Below, piece after piece: positions 39,601 through 52,308 of a stretch of DNA of 64,000 nt. This DNA comes from Bigelowiella natans CCMP2755 (lineage: Eukaryota; Protista; Cercozoa), in assembly GCA_000320545.1 (NCBI GenBank), contig ADNK01000783.1:10734-74733 (forward strand), in the 5' to 3' direction. A model generated the notes under the pieces. It was not told the DNA's origin, did no database searches, and saw only the letters and a program-made list of their open reading frames with translations. The position numbers and the translations under genes were made by a program. The stretch's first letter is position 1. Every line of letters starts with the position of its first letter.

Positions 39601-40054
39601 TTCTCTGTGCTGCCATGCGCGCACTCTCACAGCTACGTCCCGTCAATCCTGGTGATGGCATGACAGTATGTGCGAATGCAAAACGCACATGACCGAACAA
39701 GGCGATTGTGATGCGGCTCAAAGTCGTAGCTGTGTATATAGATGTGCATGATGTGTCTTTTGTGCGTGCATGCGAACAACCAGCAATGCAAAAAAGTGCG
39801 GCATCAGGTGCAATTTGGATTGCGCCCAATGAAATTCTCAGTGTCACCGACAAATAGCAACATTTAGGAGCTTTCGGATTTTATTCCGACGACACATCTA
39901 GGAGACCACCAAATTGTAGAAAATCCGATTTCAATCGATTTTCACGGAAACAGCACTACCTTCACCCTTCTACCCGCGTCAAGTTTAGCACCAGCGGTCG
40001 TTCACAATAGAAGCTGAGTTTTTCAAGATGATGACAAGTATTCCTGCAATTATA

Positions 40055-41390
40055 TCAGAACTTCCATCGAACTTTCCTCCATTCAGAACGAACCGTCATG
40101 ATCTGTCCTGCGTTTGTTTTCATCATCGGGTTCAAGCAATGTTTACTATTACAAGTGCAGTGAATGATGGGCTGTTGTCTATCGTAATAACCGACAGATT
40201 GAAGCCAAGCATTCCTATTTTGTTTATTTATTTTTTCTGGCTCTGATGCCTTGATTATCAAAAGATGAAGCATCGAAAGTCGAGGTAAGTCCCTTTCCAA
40301 AACCTTTAGAATGAGTGTCCCCTAGGGTAAATATTTTTTTTATTAAAATACTGTTACAAAGGTAATACTTGTTATCCGTGCTAATTTGAAACTTTCATGC
40401 GTCAAATCTTTGACTTACCATCAATTTCTTGCTCAGATAATTTTGAAAAGACGTGTCTCCAAATTCACTTGCGGCCGCCTGAACGACAGTGATACCTCTC
40501 CATGTTTTCGCCTCGATCTTGGCATTTGTGTGCTCAATAAAATATTGTGCAATTTCTTTGTGTTTGGAGGCGGCGGCGCGGAGGAGTGGCGTGCACCCAA
40601 GATCGTCTTCGCTCTCAGCATCAGCTTTGTTTTCCACAAGAAATTGCACAGTTTTTAAATGGCCTTCAGTTGCGGCGATATGAAGGGATGTCGCACCTGG
40701 AAACGCTTTGCTATGGATTTGTCTAAAGGGCGTGGAAGGTTTGCTTCTGCTCATAGAGGGAATAGCATCTTCGTTAAAAGAAGAAGAAATATAGCACTCT
40801 TTGCTACAACTGTAGCAATTCGAATAATAAGGACCATTTGTCTTAGCATTTACATTGGCTTTAGCATTCTTAACCAAGTAATGTAGCAGCAGATTGTGGC
40901 TTCTACCATTGACAGCGGCAGTGAGGAGACCTGAGAAGCCTTGGTAGTCCCTAGATTCGATGTCCGCTTTGAGATCTTCCACAAGATACCGAACCATATC
41001 TATATTGCCTGTATCATCATTCTTGTGGTAATAGAGCCCATTATGATACTGGATAGCCCTCAGTAGGGCGTTCATCCCTTCATTGTCTATCGCATTCACA
41101 TCAGCTTTCTCCTCAACCAAGAAGCGCGTTATCTCTAAGTTGCCATTCTTGGCGGCCCACAAAAAGGGCGTCTGACCGTACTCATCATCGACTGCATTTA
41201 TGTTGGCTCTTGCATTTTGTACTAAATACTTCACAATTGGAAGGTTATTCATTAGTACACCAAGGATTAGTGGTGTTTTCTTAACAATGTTGATCTTGAA
41301 CTCGATGTTTGCCTTCCCCTCTTCAACAAGGTGGCGAACTCCTTCTAGGTCTCCCTCCATTACGCAGTTGTGCAGCTTCACAGAGGACAT
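40055..41390 (-). CDS. Ankyrin-repeat protein
   Basis: About 7 ankyrin repeats (GQTPFLWAAKNGNLEITRFLVE, GATSLHIAATEGHLKTVQFLVE). A phase-0 GTAAGT donor after 40419 joins the acceptor before 40321, in frame with ORF 40055-40300. The true 3' end is uncertain. Confidence 0.88.
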
Positions 41391-41903
41391 ATGTTCAGTT
41401 TCGATGGGTTTTGAGGATACCGCTGCCAGTGGGGGTTCGGCTCGATTCGGACATTAGATCCCTTACTCAGACAAAAGTTATTCCGCGAATTTTTAAGGTA
41501 AGTGACACAACTGTACGATTCTGCCCTATGCAAACTGTGAACATTGTCGTACAAATAAATTATCGGTATTTTTTACTTTAAATCTCGTACATGTGTGGGA
41601 CATTAACGCCAGAACGTCCACGGCAGCTTTCGTTGGTACTGCAGGAAGGTTATGTTTTGGTGAGAGACATAAGAAAATCGTTGTCGTAGATCCATTTTTA
41701 TCATTAATTCTCATTTTTTTCATTCTTCCAACCCTTCGCACTTAGATCTAGTTCGTTTGGAAGGGTTGACTTCTCTCCCTTCTCTACATCCGTTGTTGGA
41801 ATTTGTGGCCTGCATTACACGTAGGTGTGGAGGAACTTGACCTTACTAGCCTTCTTATATCGTCACTTTTAGACGTAATACACACATATTAGGTTTCAAA
41901 CAA

Positions 41904-42294
41904 ATGGAGGACAGTCGAAGACATGGTACATCCCCAGTCGCGTGGCTGGTCCTCATCGCTCTAGTGTGCGCATGTGCTACCTTTCTAGCTCGACCCAGTC
42001 CCGGATCGGCTCTAACCCTCGGATCGCCTCAAATCGCAAGCGGGTAAGGATGCTTCTTTACATTTGACAACAAGCATACAAGAGGCTTGGAAAGCAATGA
42101 GATCCCACCACCATTTTGCATCATCGTCGTTTTTCAGAATTATTGGACGACAAACAGGATACGCTTCACCCTCGGGCCTGAGAATGTTTTCCGGCCTTCG
42201 TAACATTCGGCCCCTCTTGCAACCATTGGACGGGGCCAGTGGCAACGGCGACAGAGAGGGGCGCACTGCAGGAAAAGCAGATCAGAGCTACTAG
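41904..42294 (+). CDS. 98-aa protein consisting largely of a signal peptide plus transit-peptide-like segment
   Basis: Exons 41904-42043 (GTAAGG donor) and 42138-42294 (TTTTCAG acceptor) join in frame: MEDSRRHGTSPVAWLVLIALVCACATFLARPSPGSALTLGSPQIASG|IIGRQTGYASPSGLRMFSGLRNIRPLLQPLDGASGNGDREGRTAGKADQSY*. Confidence 0.65.
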
Positions 42295-42731
42295 ATGCGT
42301 TGACATGACAGATCACATGCATGTGCGATATAGCGATACACAATTAACACGTCTAGCTGTGCGCGCAGAGTTCACATCCGGCGCTAGAATCGATGATTAG
42401 ATGATGCTGAGCGCCACAATCTAGCAATCAGCAATGTGCCAGATGCATGCGTCTACCAGTCTAGTGCGTGCACACAACACGCTGCGCCACCACATTCCAG
42501 CGTTGTGCTTGCTGGCATCACATATACACACCTCTACACCTGCACGCAAGCACCTCATGCATTATGTGCGTCAACAACACAGATGCATCTGGATCTAGCA
42601 GCTCTAGAGCTAGGTGTCCAAATTCTTGCGGTTCACACGAATTTTCAGTCAATGTCATCATTTCTTACACTTTTACATCTATGACAGATGCGATGAGAAG
42701 TGCATGATTTTTCATCTCCCGCCCCTTTCCT

Positions 42732-43996
42732 TCACTTTTTCTTTCGTTTCATTTTCGTCCCGCAACTGATTTGGGCAATTTTCTGTTTCCAAGCCGGAAA
42801 CATGATGATTCTGTAATGGCCTTCCTGGACGATATCTCTGTAAGCAAGCATCAGAAGGTCACCATCAATCAATCAATACCGACAAACCCTGCTGCTCCTG
42901 CTGCTGCTACTACGGCGTTTGCTATTGCGATGACTACGACAAGACGATGGCTGCTACTACTATTACTACTAATACTCGTACTCCTACGACGACGACGATT
43001 AAACCACGACGGAACTGCACACAATGAATCATTGATCATCATTATCATCTTCATCATCCTCCTCATCATCCTCATCATCGCCATCATCATCACCATCATC
43101 ATCATTACTGACCGAAAATTGTGGACCATCCATGCTAGATAGTTATTGAGATTTATGACTGCGGGCAGATATTGCTTGAGGTTGCTCCAATAATGGGAAT
43201 GACGAATATTAAATAATTCGATAGTCCCGTACTTGGTGTCGAGGGCGTAGAAAACATTTAACCTCGGGCCGATACCATCAGGCCCAGGCTTGGGTATCCT
43301 TTGATTGCCGCCGCTGTGCTTCGCATAGGATGATGATGATGATGCTGATGACGGGAATGTGGAGGCTACATTAGTCGAAGTTGTCCCCCTAGATTTCACT
43401 ACAGTAGGGGGAAGGAGCAACATCTTACGAAGCATGTTTTCACCCAAATAAAGGCGGTCTTCCCTGGAATAATTCCGCCATGGTACATCAATCGTGCAAT
43501 CCGTATTTGGGATGAGGTCGTAGTGCTCGACCAACTGTCTAACCCATTTACAAAACGGTTCTAGCGACTGAAACTGCGACGTGAGGGGACCCTCTTTTTT
43601 GTACAGTAACGAAGGGCTGGATACATTGGAGGAAGACGAATAGGAGGACGACGAAGAAGAAGAGTTTGAACAACTATTTTGCTGTTTTACTTTGTTTGTA
43701 GGATCTGACCGCTTCCGCTTCCATTCGACCATCTTCCTCTTTCGTGCTGTTGTAGTCGCTGCAATGCAGTTCACCCTTTTCGCTCTCTTTCCACCCTCCT
43801 TTTTAATTTTTCCATCTGAAACCATCACATCTGTTTGTATGGTGTCCGTTCTCTTCTGAATCTCCTCTTCATCGTGATCCTAATTATCGCATTCCAGCAT
43901 AAACAAAACCAATCCCATCACCAATGTAAATGCTGTCTCCGCACTCAAGTCGAAGAATTTCATAATTGGGCTCTTGCGAGTCCAATGCACAACATC

Positions 43997-44054
<58 letters not shown>

Positions 44055-44896
44055 TACAAACTCAAACACAACACATATTCGAAACACCACAGATAAATTT
44101 ACAAACATGAATGATGATAAGTTCGTACAGTATCGGAGGGGGAGATAGGTGATATTGTCGAAAGAGGAGAGCTGCTGCATGATTGCGGCGCTTGGGATGT
44201 AGAGCTGGATGCGATTCCCGCCCCCCCAACGGCAGAAACGCATTCTTTTCTGCTTTCTGCATACTTCTTCTTGGGTATTGTTTCGTTGGCACAAAGTAAT
44301 ACATATGTTTTGTTCTTTCTGGTGGAGCTCGACGCGGACTTAGCAGAGACTCCAGACTTCTTGTTCTTGTTCCTAGATTTTCCCGCCTTGTTATACTTCT
44401 GCTCATTTCCCTTTAAAGCCTTTATCTTCCATGTCTGCTTACGCTTTCTTGCATTTTGTATCGATTTCGGGGTGAAATCACAATCGCTACTCACATCTAG
44501 AGCTGGGCTGGCCCGATCTGGGTTCTGGGGGGGGGGGATAGGAATCAAACAGGGTATCAGGCACTAGGGAAATCATGATCATCGTATTGTTATATCATCG
44601 CATGTGATCACGACTACAACAATATGTGGTTATTACATTTCGAGCACATGCTATCCTGTTGGAACAATATTTCTAAACGCAATGGAGAATCCAGCTACTA
44701 ATTCGGCTTCGAATGACCCATCACATCGCTCGAGTCAGAGTTAAGATCAAACCTCATTTTCCTTCGGGACAGTTGTTGCTTCTTCGTTGGTAAGATCTAT
44801 AGACAATACCTCCTTCTTTACCCGTTTCAATTTCTTCGGATTGGGTGTTTTGAATCTCTGGGTGAGATCGATGGGGTTGGACTTCCATCCCGCCAT
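42732..44896 (-). CDS. Unknown Lys/Ser-rich, probably nuclear protein with SIM-like motifs and a C-terminal globular domain
   Basis: Exon 1 MAGWKSNPIDLT..VLSIDLTNEE; exon in ORF 44099-44548; exon in ORF 42869-43828 (FCKWVRQLVEHYDL..HSHYWSNLKQYLP..LAWMVHNFR); last exon DIVQEGHYRIIMFPAWK..MKRKKK*. Basic NLS-like clusters. Confidence 0.65.
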
Positions 44897-45066
44897 TAGG
44901 ATCTGGCTCACGGATCGTAAACACATGTCATTTTTATACTACGACATCCACATTGCTATGGCGTATGTACTGGTAAAAGATATCTTTGATTCATGTCGCA
45001 GTAGATAAATCCATGACATTTTACAAATTTGATTGTTTTCCCCTCCGAACTTTCCAATTTCCGAAA
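44897..45066. promoter_or_regulatory. Very short head-to-head spacer, putative bidirectional promoter
   Basis: Only 170 bp separate the divergent ATGs at 44896 (-) and 45067 (+). Confidence 0.55.
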
Positions 45067-45677
45067 ATGCTTTTGTCTCGTGGAGGAGGGGGGTTGTTGT
45101 CTGCACCGCTGGCCTCGACTGCTGCTGCAGCCGGGATACGTATTTGGAGCCACAGGCAACTAAGCACCAGAACAGCAAATTCGCATCAGTGCGATGTCTG
45201 CGTTGTAGGAGGTAGGAAGGGGCATTACAAAGAGCGTCATTTTGGGATGCACATGGCGAAGGATTGATGTTTTTTTTTGCTTTACAATTTTGTGTGTCGA
45301 TTTTATGATCACCCACAACATGAAAGGGGGACTCGTAGGTGCATTCACTGCACTCTCATTGGCTAAAAAAGGAAACACAAAGGTTTCTTCATGTCGGAAC
45401 TGCAGCAATTGGGAGGGTTTCCAACTATGTATTACACATGCAGATTGCTGTGGTAGAGAGATTTGAAGAACCATGCCACGAAAACGGAAGCTCTCATGGA
45501 GATGGACGAATATTTAGATTTGCGTATCCTCAGGCAGAGTACGTAGGTGATAAGATACGGATCGTAGATCGAACGCAAATATATCATTATTCGCCTAAAT
45601 CATTAGAGCTTGCACAGAAGGCGAAGCCTGGCTGGATGGAACTCCAAGATTTTTGTAAAGACCAGCATTACATTCAT

Positions 45678-45723
<46 letters not shown>

Positions 45724-46775
45724 TTCTCTTCGCTTATGGTGTTGTGTAAGCATATCCATATCTGCCAGATGGGGAAGACCTGCTTCTTGGCAAAGGAGGT
45801 CTCGATATCGGTGATAATATTATGCCCTTTCTATGTTGCTTTTATGATGCCGAACGATGTGATCCTGACTACCTTCTCCTATCCTTGGCTTATTGGAATA
45901 ATAGGCTATGAATATGGCACAAGGATACAAGTACGTAATGATCAAAAGATTCTCTTGCACATCGCCGCGCATCATCGTTTGATGGATTTTTATTTGTTAT
46001 TCGCCAAGAGTGTGATATCTACGCTTAAGGATTTAAACGTGCCTTTCGAGGTGCTAGGTGATAGCCTTTTTTCCAACACATATATTTTCTCTGCTGTATA
46101 GAAGTAAGATATGATCTATCTGGGTTCCCTCAGGTCCGAGCCAGATGGAAGCTAGGTTTCCCCAATTTTCGTTAAGAAAAAATGTAAGTATAATATCACA
46201 GTTATGAATCTGCTTAATTGTTTCACACTACGAATAAAAACGCATGCTTTTAGCTTTCACATCGTTGTTATTTTCCGTGCAGGAAATTGCAGTTTACCAG
46301 GAGGATGCAGCAGCGGCGCGAGCAACACCGACGATTAATGCGGTGTGGCAGTATCTGAAGGTGGTGAAGAATATGAGGGAAGAGTTAGAAGAAGTGTAGG
46401 AAATGCTTATAACTATGCGCGCGTAGGCACACACATAAACACATGTGTGTACGCTGCCTCGTAAAACTTGCGATTGTTTTGTGATTGTGCAGCATTTGAA
46501 AACACACACAAACGCCGCCCACATAGATGTTAAACAAGAAGAAGGGCGACGATATCGTCAAGATATTTCAAGGGCAGAACCTGGTTGAAGTGTTGGGAAT
46601 CGGCAACGTGAAGGGAGGCGATCTTTCGCTAGAACTTAATGGGCGCGATGATGCGACAACGACTACGACGACGACGACGACTATAAAAGCGAAGAGTATC
46701 GTTCTAGCGATGGGCTCGTGGATCATGCCGTTTTTGTCTAAGGTAGGGCAGGTTGTAGGAAGTAGCGTACTGTAC

Positions 46776-46812
<37 letters not shown>

Positions 46813-47449
46813 GACAATGATATTTGTAAACTCCGCGTGTGTGCGTCTTAAAGTACAAGGATTATTCACCCTTTTCGCTCACTCTCATATCATTACTTTT
46901 CCTCTTCCTCCTCCTCTTCTTCATCATCATCATCACCAGCTGGGGCTAGAAGTTCCTCTCATAGGAACAGAAGAACGAGTGTGCTACTTCAAACCTAAGT
47001 CCCAGGCCATCGACCACACATATCGCTCCATGCCCGTCTTCATTCCCCACTTTGACCATAACGTATAGCAGCAGCAGCAGTAGTAGTAGTAGTAGAAGTT
47101 ACACTAATAACAAGAGCTGCATGATAAGGATGATGTTGAGTTGATAGTAAGATTTTATTCTTAAACAAGAATAATGTGATATCTTAATGCTGGTGTGCAA
47201 ATATCTCTTCATGTGACTCTAACTTATTCCCCCTCCCCCCCCCCTCTCCCCCTCTCTCTAATAAACGTGTCTGTTGTTTACATTTGTTTCAGATTGTAAC
47301 CGAGCTGATGGAAGCAGGAATCAAGCATGAGACAGCCAACGATTGGGGATTCTACGGTCTGCCCGAGGTTACTGCGTGTTGGTCTTTCCTCTCTCTGTGT
47401 GTGTGTGGGGGAGGGGGGTTCAAGTCTTGTATTTATGTATATGTGATTG

Positions 47450-47533
<84 letters not shown>

Positions 47534-48765
47534 CAAGCACACCATGAAATAGTCCCTATATTTTATCTGAAAGATCGAGGTTCCTGGGGTGAAATTATCA
47601 GCTCATCATACCGGTGTCTCTTTCACAGATCCAGGTGTATTGTAGAATTCGAAGTTAGTTGTAGTAGTAGTAGTGGTAGTGGTAGTGGTGGTGGTCGTGG
47701 TAGTGTATATACTTGTTGTTGTTGAAGAATATGAAGAAGAAGAAGAAGAAGAAGAAGAAAAGATTGTCTGCTTGCTATGCTACCTGTAGCACCCGACTCA
47801 GAGCATATCTCTCATCATCGTCGTCCTTGTTGTGCTATCGGTGCGTGTGTTGGTTATGATCAGAGCTACGTCCATCACGTGTAGACCCAGAATTGTCTGA
47901 CCGCCGCAAGGACGAGATAGTTGCCGCATGCGCACATCTTATATCGCACTTGTTCCCCCATCTCAACCTCGAGCCACACAAGACGCAGACATGCTTGTGA
48001 GGAATACTTTCGAACGAAAGAATGCACACCACCACTTTCCCGCTGCTCGAGACACAATTATTGTTGCAGTTTTGCATGTCGCGGTCAGTGTGGAAGCATG
48101 TGAGCGATTTCATGATTTACGTATCTCGCACAAAGGTATACATCGTCTGAAGACCATGACTTTGTTATTGACACGCATCCTCTGGATTCTCGAGTCGTTC
48201 TAGCTGCAGGTTGTAATGGTAGACAATAGAAACAGGAGAGGCACCTCTCTTTTATATTTTCATTCAGACGAAGTGAAGGATGAGAAGGACTTCTCGCAGC
48301 AATATCTTGTCTATTATTCTTACCTGCTATTCTTATACATATTGCATACGGTCTTGGTCATCCTCGTTTTTGTCGGTGGTTTCTTGTCGAATAATGGAAC
48401 AGGCTTTTCCGGACACGGATTTAAGTTCGGCCCCTCTCTTGGGGATCTGATTGCAAATTTAGCCATTGAAAGTACAAGGTAATGTGTACATCTAAGTCTT
48501 TTCTCTCGCTCAACTTAAGTTGTGCGCTCTTTGGAATCACATGCAACATTGTCTTCTCGTGGTACTTCTCTATATTATTTATGCTGCACACTCTTTCCGT
48601 TTAAGCGATGTGTGTATGAAACCCCACAGCAAAGTTCATGATCTAATATTGTTGCGTTGTGCGGTCTAATTGTAACATTTACACAGCACGGCCTTGAATC
48701 CAGCTCACGCAAGATTTTCCCTGAAACGGTTCCCAAATTTTGGCCTTGCTACACCACCTGGATAA
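45067..48765 (+). CDS. PIPOX: FAD-dependent sarcosine/L-pipecolate oxidase (MSOX/PIPOX family), ~16 exons
   Basis: DVCVVGG|GLVG Rossmann motif, GSSHGDGRIFRFAY, IVLAMGSW, GFYGLP, TCL|YTSSEDHDFVID (covalent-FAD Cys region), GFSGHGFKFGP, FSLKRF. Confidence 0.92.
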
Positions 48766-48856
48766 TCATCAACATCACCTTCGTGAGAAGTTAGCACAGC
48801 TATAACTAGATAAGACTATGATACGTACTTACAACGGTTGCTTTGCATGGCTACAT

Positions 48857-48905
48857 TGGGATGACGGTTGAAAAAATCATTCATTCATTACATCCGTCTC
48901 ATATG
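48857..48905 (-). repeat. Solo copy of the ~50-bp dispersed element
   Basis: Reverse complement reads CATATGAGACGGATGTAATGAATGAATGATTTTTTCAACCGTCATCCCA and shares TTCATTACATCCGTCTCA exactly with the 39551 copy. Confidence 0.85.
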
Positions 48906-49525
48906 TAAATACATGTAACTGTAGCAGCACAAACTTCAGAAACAATGCCACGATGCTGCCGCATTTCCAGATTTACTAGTTTAGTCTATTTGGCGAAGGC
49001 ATGCATGATGTTTTTAGGGCTGCTCGCAGAGTAAGCAGTCATTATAGGCCCACGTGCGCTACGATGCGCTACTAGCTACATATGTGTCGTTTGTGTGTCT
49101 GTACACATGTAGATGTATTTACTCCATGTATAAATTGAGCCGTGTTCATCTTCCAATTTATGTACAGAAACAAATGTCATAGATTACCAGATGATTACCA
49201 TCTGAATATATTATCATTATGTGTCTTATGACAGCAGCTTGGAATGTATACGATCTTACGTTTTACGGCGTGTAATGGCATCATCAGAGCATCGTTTTCG
49301 AACTAAGGCCAACCAGATGCTCCTACCGATTATTCTGATTATTCTGTAATATATTTCTTTAACGGGAATTGCACCAGAGAGAGTACTACTAGCGGGTTCT
49401 CTTTTGTTTGAGTTAATTATTTGACAGTTCCTCTAAGTTAAGGTTGGGCGTGTGTGGCATGTGTCTGTCATGTCTTTCCGCCCTCTATGAACAGCAAAAC
49501 GCTTACGCGATAATTGGTGCAATTT

Positions 49526-51130
49526 TTAAGCCAGATCGGACATTTTGGATAATCGATTAAGAAACTGTTGAACTTCATCTACTGATGATAGCACGAATTT
49601 CGCCGAGGTTGGTTGTGAGAGATTTCCACCTTTACTTAAAACTCTAATACCAAATCCTCTTTTGGATTCGGTAAGCTCCCGAAAAGCATCTTCGTCTGTA
49701 GTGTCATCCCCAATATAGAGAGCGAACAGCTCAGGTTTCATTTTTTTACCATTAGAAGTCTGAGACATGGCTGCAGGGAGCTCATCAACGGGATGGGAGA
49801 GCTCGCAACTAGGCCTCTTCTCGCCTGCTTTCTTAGGAGGCACAGACGAACCTTTTCTGCTATTGCACCTGCCTCGAGGACGTTTGGAGTCCGAAGCAGA
49901 TGCTATTGCCCCTTCCTGTTCTTCATCAACAGCTGCCTCTGAGCTTTGTGATGGCTCATTCTGCGATGCTTTGGTAGATTTACTGTCACCTTCTGCTGCA
50001 GCCATTCCCTTCGCTATGGAATTCCTAGTTGATTGTGACACGACTGGGCCAAGCTCTTTCAGTAGCTGTCTGACTGCCCTTCCTTTATGCCACTCTATGT
50101 TTGCACGTAACTCATAGACCATCTTCCCATGACCCATCTTAAGCTTTCCGTTGAACCGTTCAATTTCAACGTTGACTGCTTTTTCCATGGTTTTCCAGAA
50201 TTCTTTATCGACTCTCCTATAATGCACCGAGACGGAATATACATTGTCTTCGACTAGACTTCCTGGAATATTCTTAACCTTCTCACGAAGGGAATCTCTA
50301 GCCTTTGCAAGGAGAGGAAGGAACTCCGCTCCAACCTGTCGAATTATTTCCTGCCCACCTGGAGACCGGATGTCAAATCCATGGCTGCCGGCATAGTAAA
50401 TCGAGTCAAGCTTAACAAATTGCGTGATAGTCTCGATGCTGCGACCAGTTATTATGGCAGTCGGGTATTGCTTCGACAACGTTGCTACCAGGGAGCGTGT
50501 TTCCTGCGATATCTTGGCCTCCGACGGAACGTTGACGATCGGAGTTAAGGTCCCGTCATAATCAAGGAAGACTGCCAGTTTACGTCCAAGCAGGATCTGC
50601 TTGATCTCATTGAGATTTTCGAGGGCATTCTTTGGCTCTCTTCCATTGGAGTCACGTTCATTCCTTTTATCTCTATTCTGTTTCAAAGTTTTGTTGGAGG
50701 TGTCGTCCTTATTGTCATCATTCATGGGCTTGTTGCTGTTGCCGGTGTCATCCAGAGAACCAGAGCTTCTTGACAGGAGGTCGGAAACACTGCACACTAG
50801 CATTAGGATAAAACTAACGCTCGTAGACTTTAGCACTGACAGAGATCCTCTAGCACAATGTGCACGAGGCTGCCATGGGTCCGGGTGGTGAGAAGTGAGA
50901 AGCAAGCTGAATTTCAAGACTTAAGAGGCAAACGAAAAATTAGTGTACATAGCCTGCACTAGCTTAAACTTATTGGATAAACAGTCTGCGACTTAATAAA
51001 TAATGTTATTATCAAATAAAACTAATGTGTCTCCGAACCCGTGTATCCTGCTTTTTGTCTGATCAGGTTCAGACGCGACTCATTGTGTAAAGCTTTCAAA
51101 TGAAGGCGAAAACCTATCTACGTCTTCCAT
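49526..51130 (-). CDS. TPP: Trehalose-6-phosphate phosphatase (HAD superfamily, stand-alone OtsB/plant TPP type)
   Basis: LAVFLDYDGTLTPIV, TAIITGRS, YYAGSHG, VSVHYR, WHKGRAV, YIGDDTTDEDAF. Probable first exon 51130-51114 (MEDVD) splices in frame to 50789. Confidence 0.93.
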
Positions 51131-52308
51131 AAATCCCAAAAACGAGGCTAACAATCCAGATGACGTAAACTGGAGATCAGCTTGTCTCTGTTCATAGATC
51201 GCTTTAGAATTCAAGGTCTTTTTTTTCCTAGATAGCAAAATATTTCATGTCGTATTTTGAAATAACAGTAGTTTTATAACATTTTCTCTTGCTCATTCGA
51301 GAAAAAACGTGAGTCAAATCGAGTTGTTGGCTATTTAGCCGCGAGTTGTAGCAGAGATTATGGTAATAATTTAAGATTGCTGATACTGGTTATTTTAACA
51401 CATGAATTCATAAGACAATATTTTATAGATGAACGTCATAATCTTTGATGCATATATCTGCATTTAGCCACTATAATTTCGATTATTTGTTCCTTTTTCC
51501 GGATTTTAATTTGGTTGAACTCCGACGTCGGAGTTTTTTGAGTTCAAGTGGACTAAGATAAATAAAAAAGCAAAAATTTCAATCCATGGAATCAAAATTC
51601 CTGCGATATGTCATGAAATATAGATATTGATTGCCATACAATGACTTTGTGTCAAAAAAATGTGAATTATGTTGCAATGCGACGATCTGGATAAACATGC
51701 GCGTTGGTATCTAAATACATTGCCATGAATAGATTTTTTTTCTCAACTAGTTTTTGCACTGCGACAACATGAAATCAAAGAACATCGTGGTTTCAGATCT
51801 TTTAGCGAGACAAGTTTTCCATCTCGACTGTTTACCGGTAAAACGCGTCCCTATCAAGTCGCAGCTAAAAAATAACGAAATTTGTTAATTGCTAACGTTT
51901 GACTTTTCGGTGAAAAAATTATTCCTTTACGTGCTATTTCTTGTTTACTTTACCTCAGAAATCGTAAATTACATCATTTATCACCTTGTCATAGAAACAT
52001 AAATCAACACAAAAATCGCATTATCTGTGTAATCCTGTACGACACACTAGCTCCCAAAATAGAGCTCCAATTTATCTGATGAAGACATGTTAAGGTGAAA
52101 TCGTGTGTTGAATGCAGGATAATTTATGGGAACTTTGATTAAAAATGTGTTGATTAAGTCTTACCATAAAACCCTCTGGGAGAGGTGGTGTTATCTGGAA
52201 CCGCCATTCCTTTCCTTCCGTCCATCGTTCACCTGTAATACCAACTGCAACACCTTAGGCTTTCCGCATTAAAGCCTGGAATAGAGTTGTTGCGGCGTCT
52301 TTGACACC

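Noticed and set aside
40395-41390. Ankyrin gene as an intronless horizontal transfer
   Set aside because: A perfect in-frame GTAAGT donor after 40419 indicates at least one intron and a further exon.
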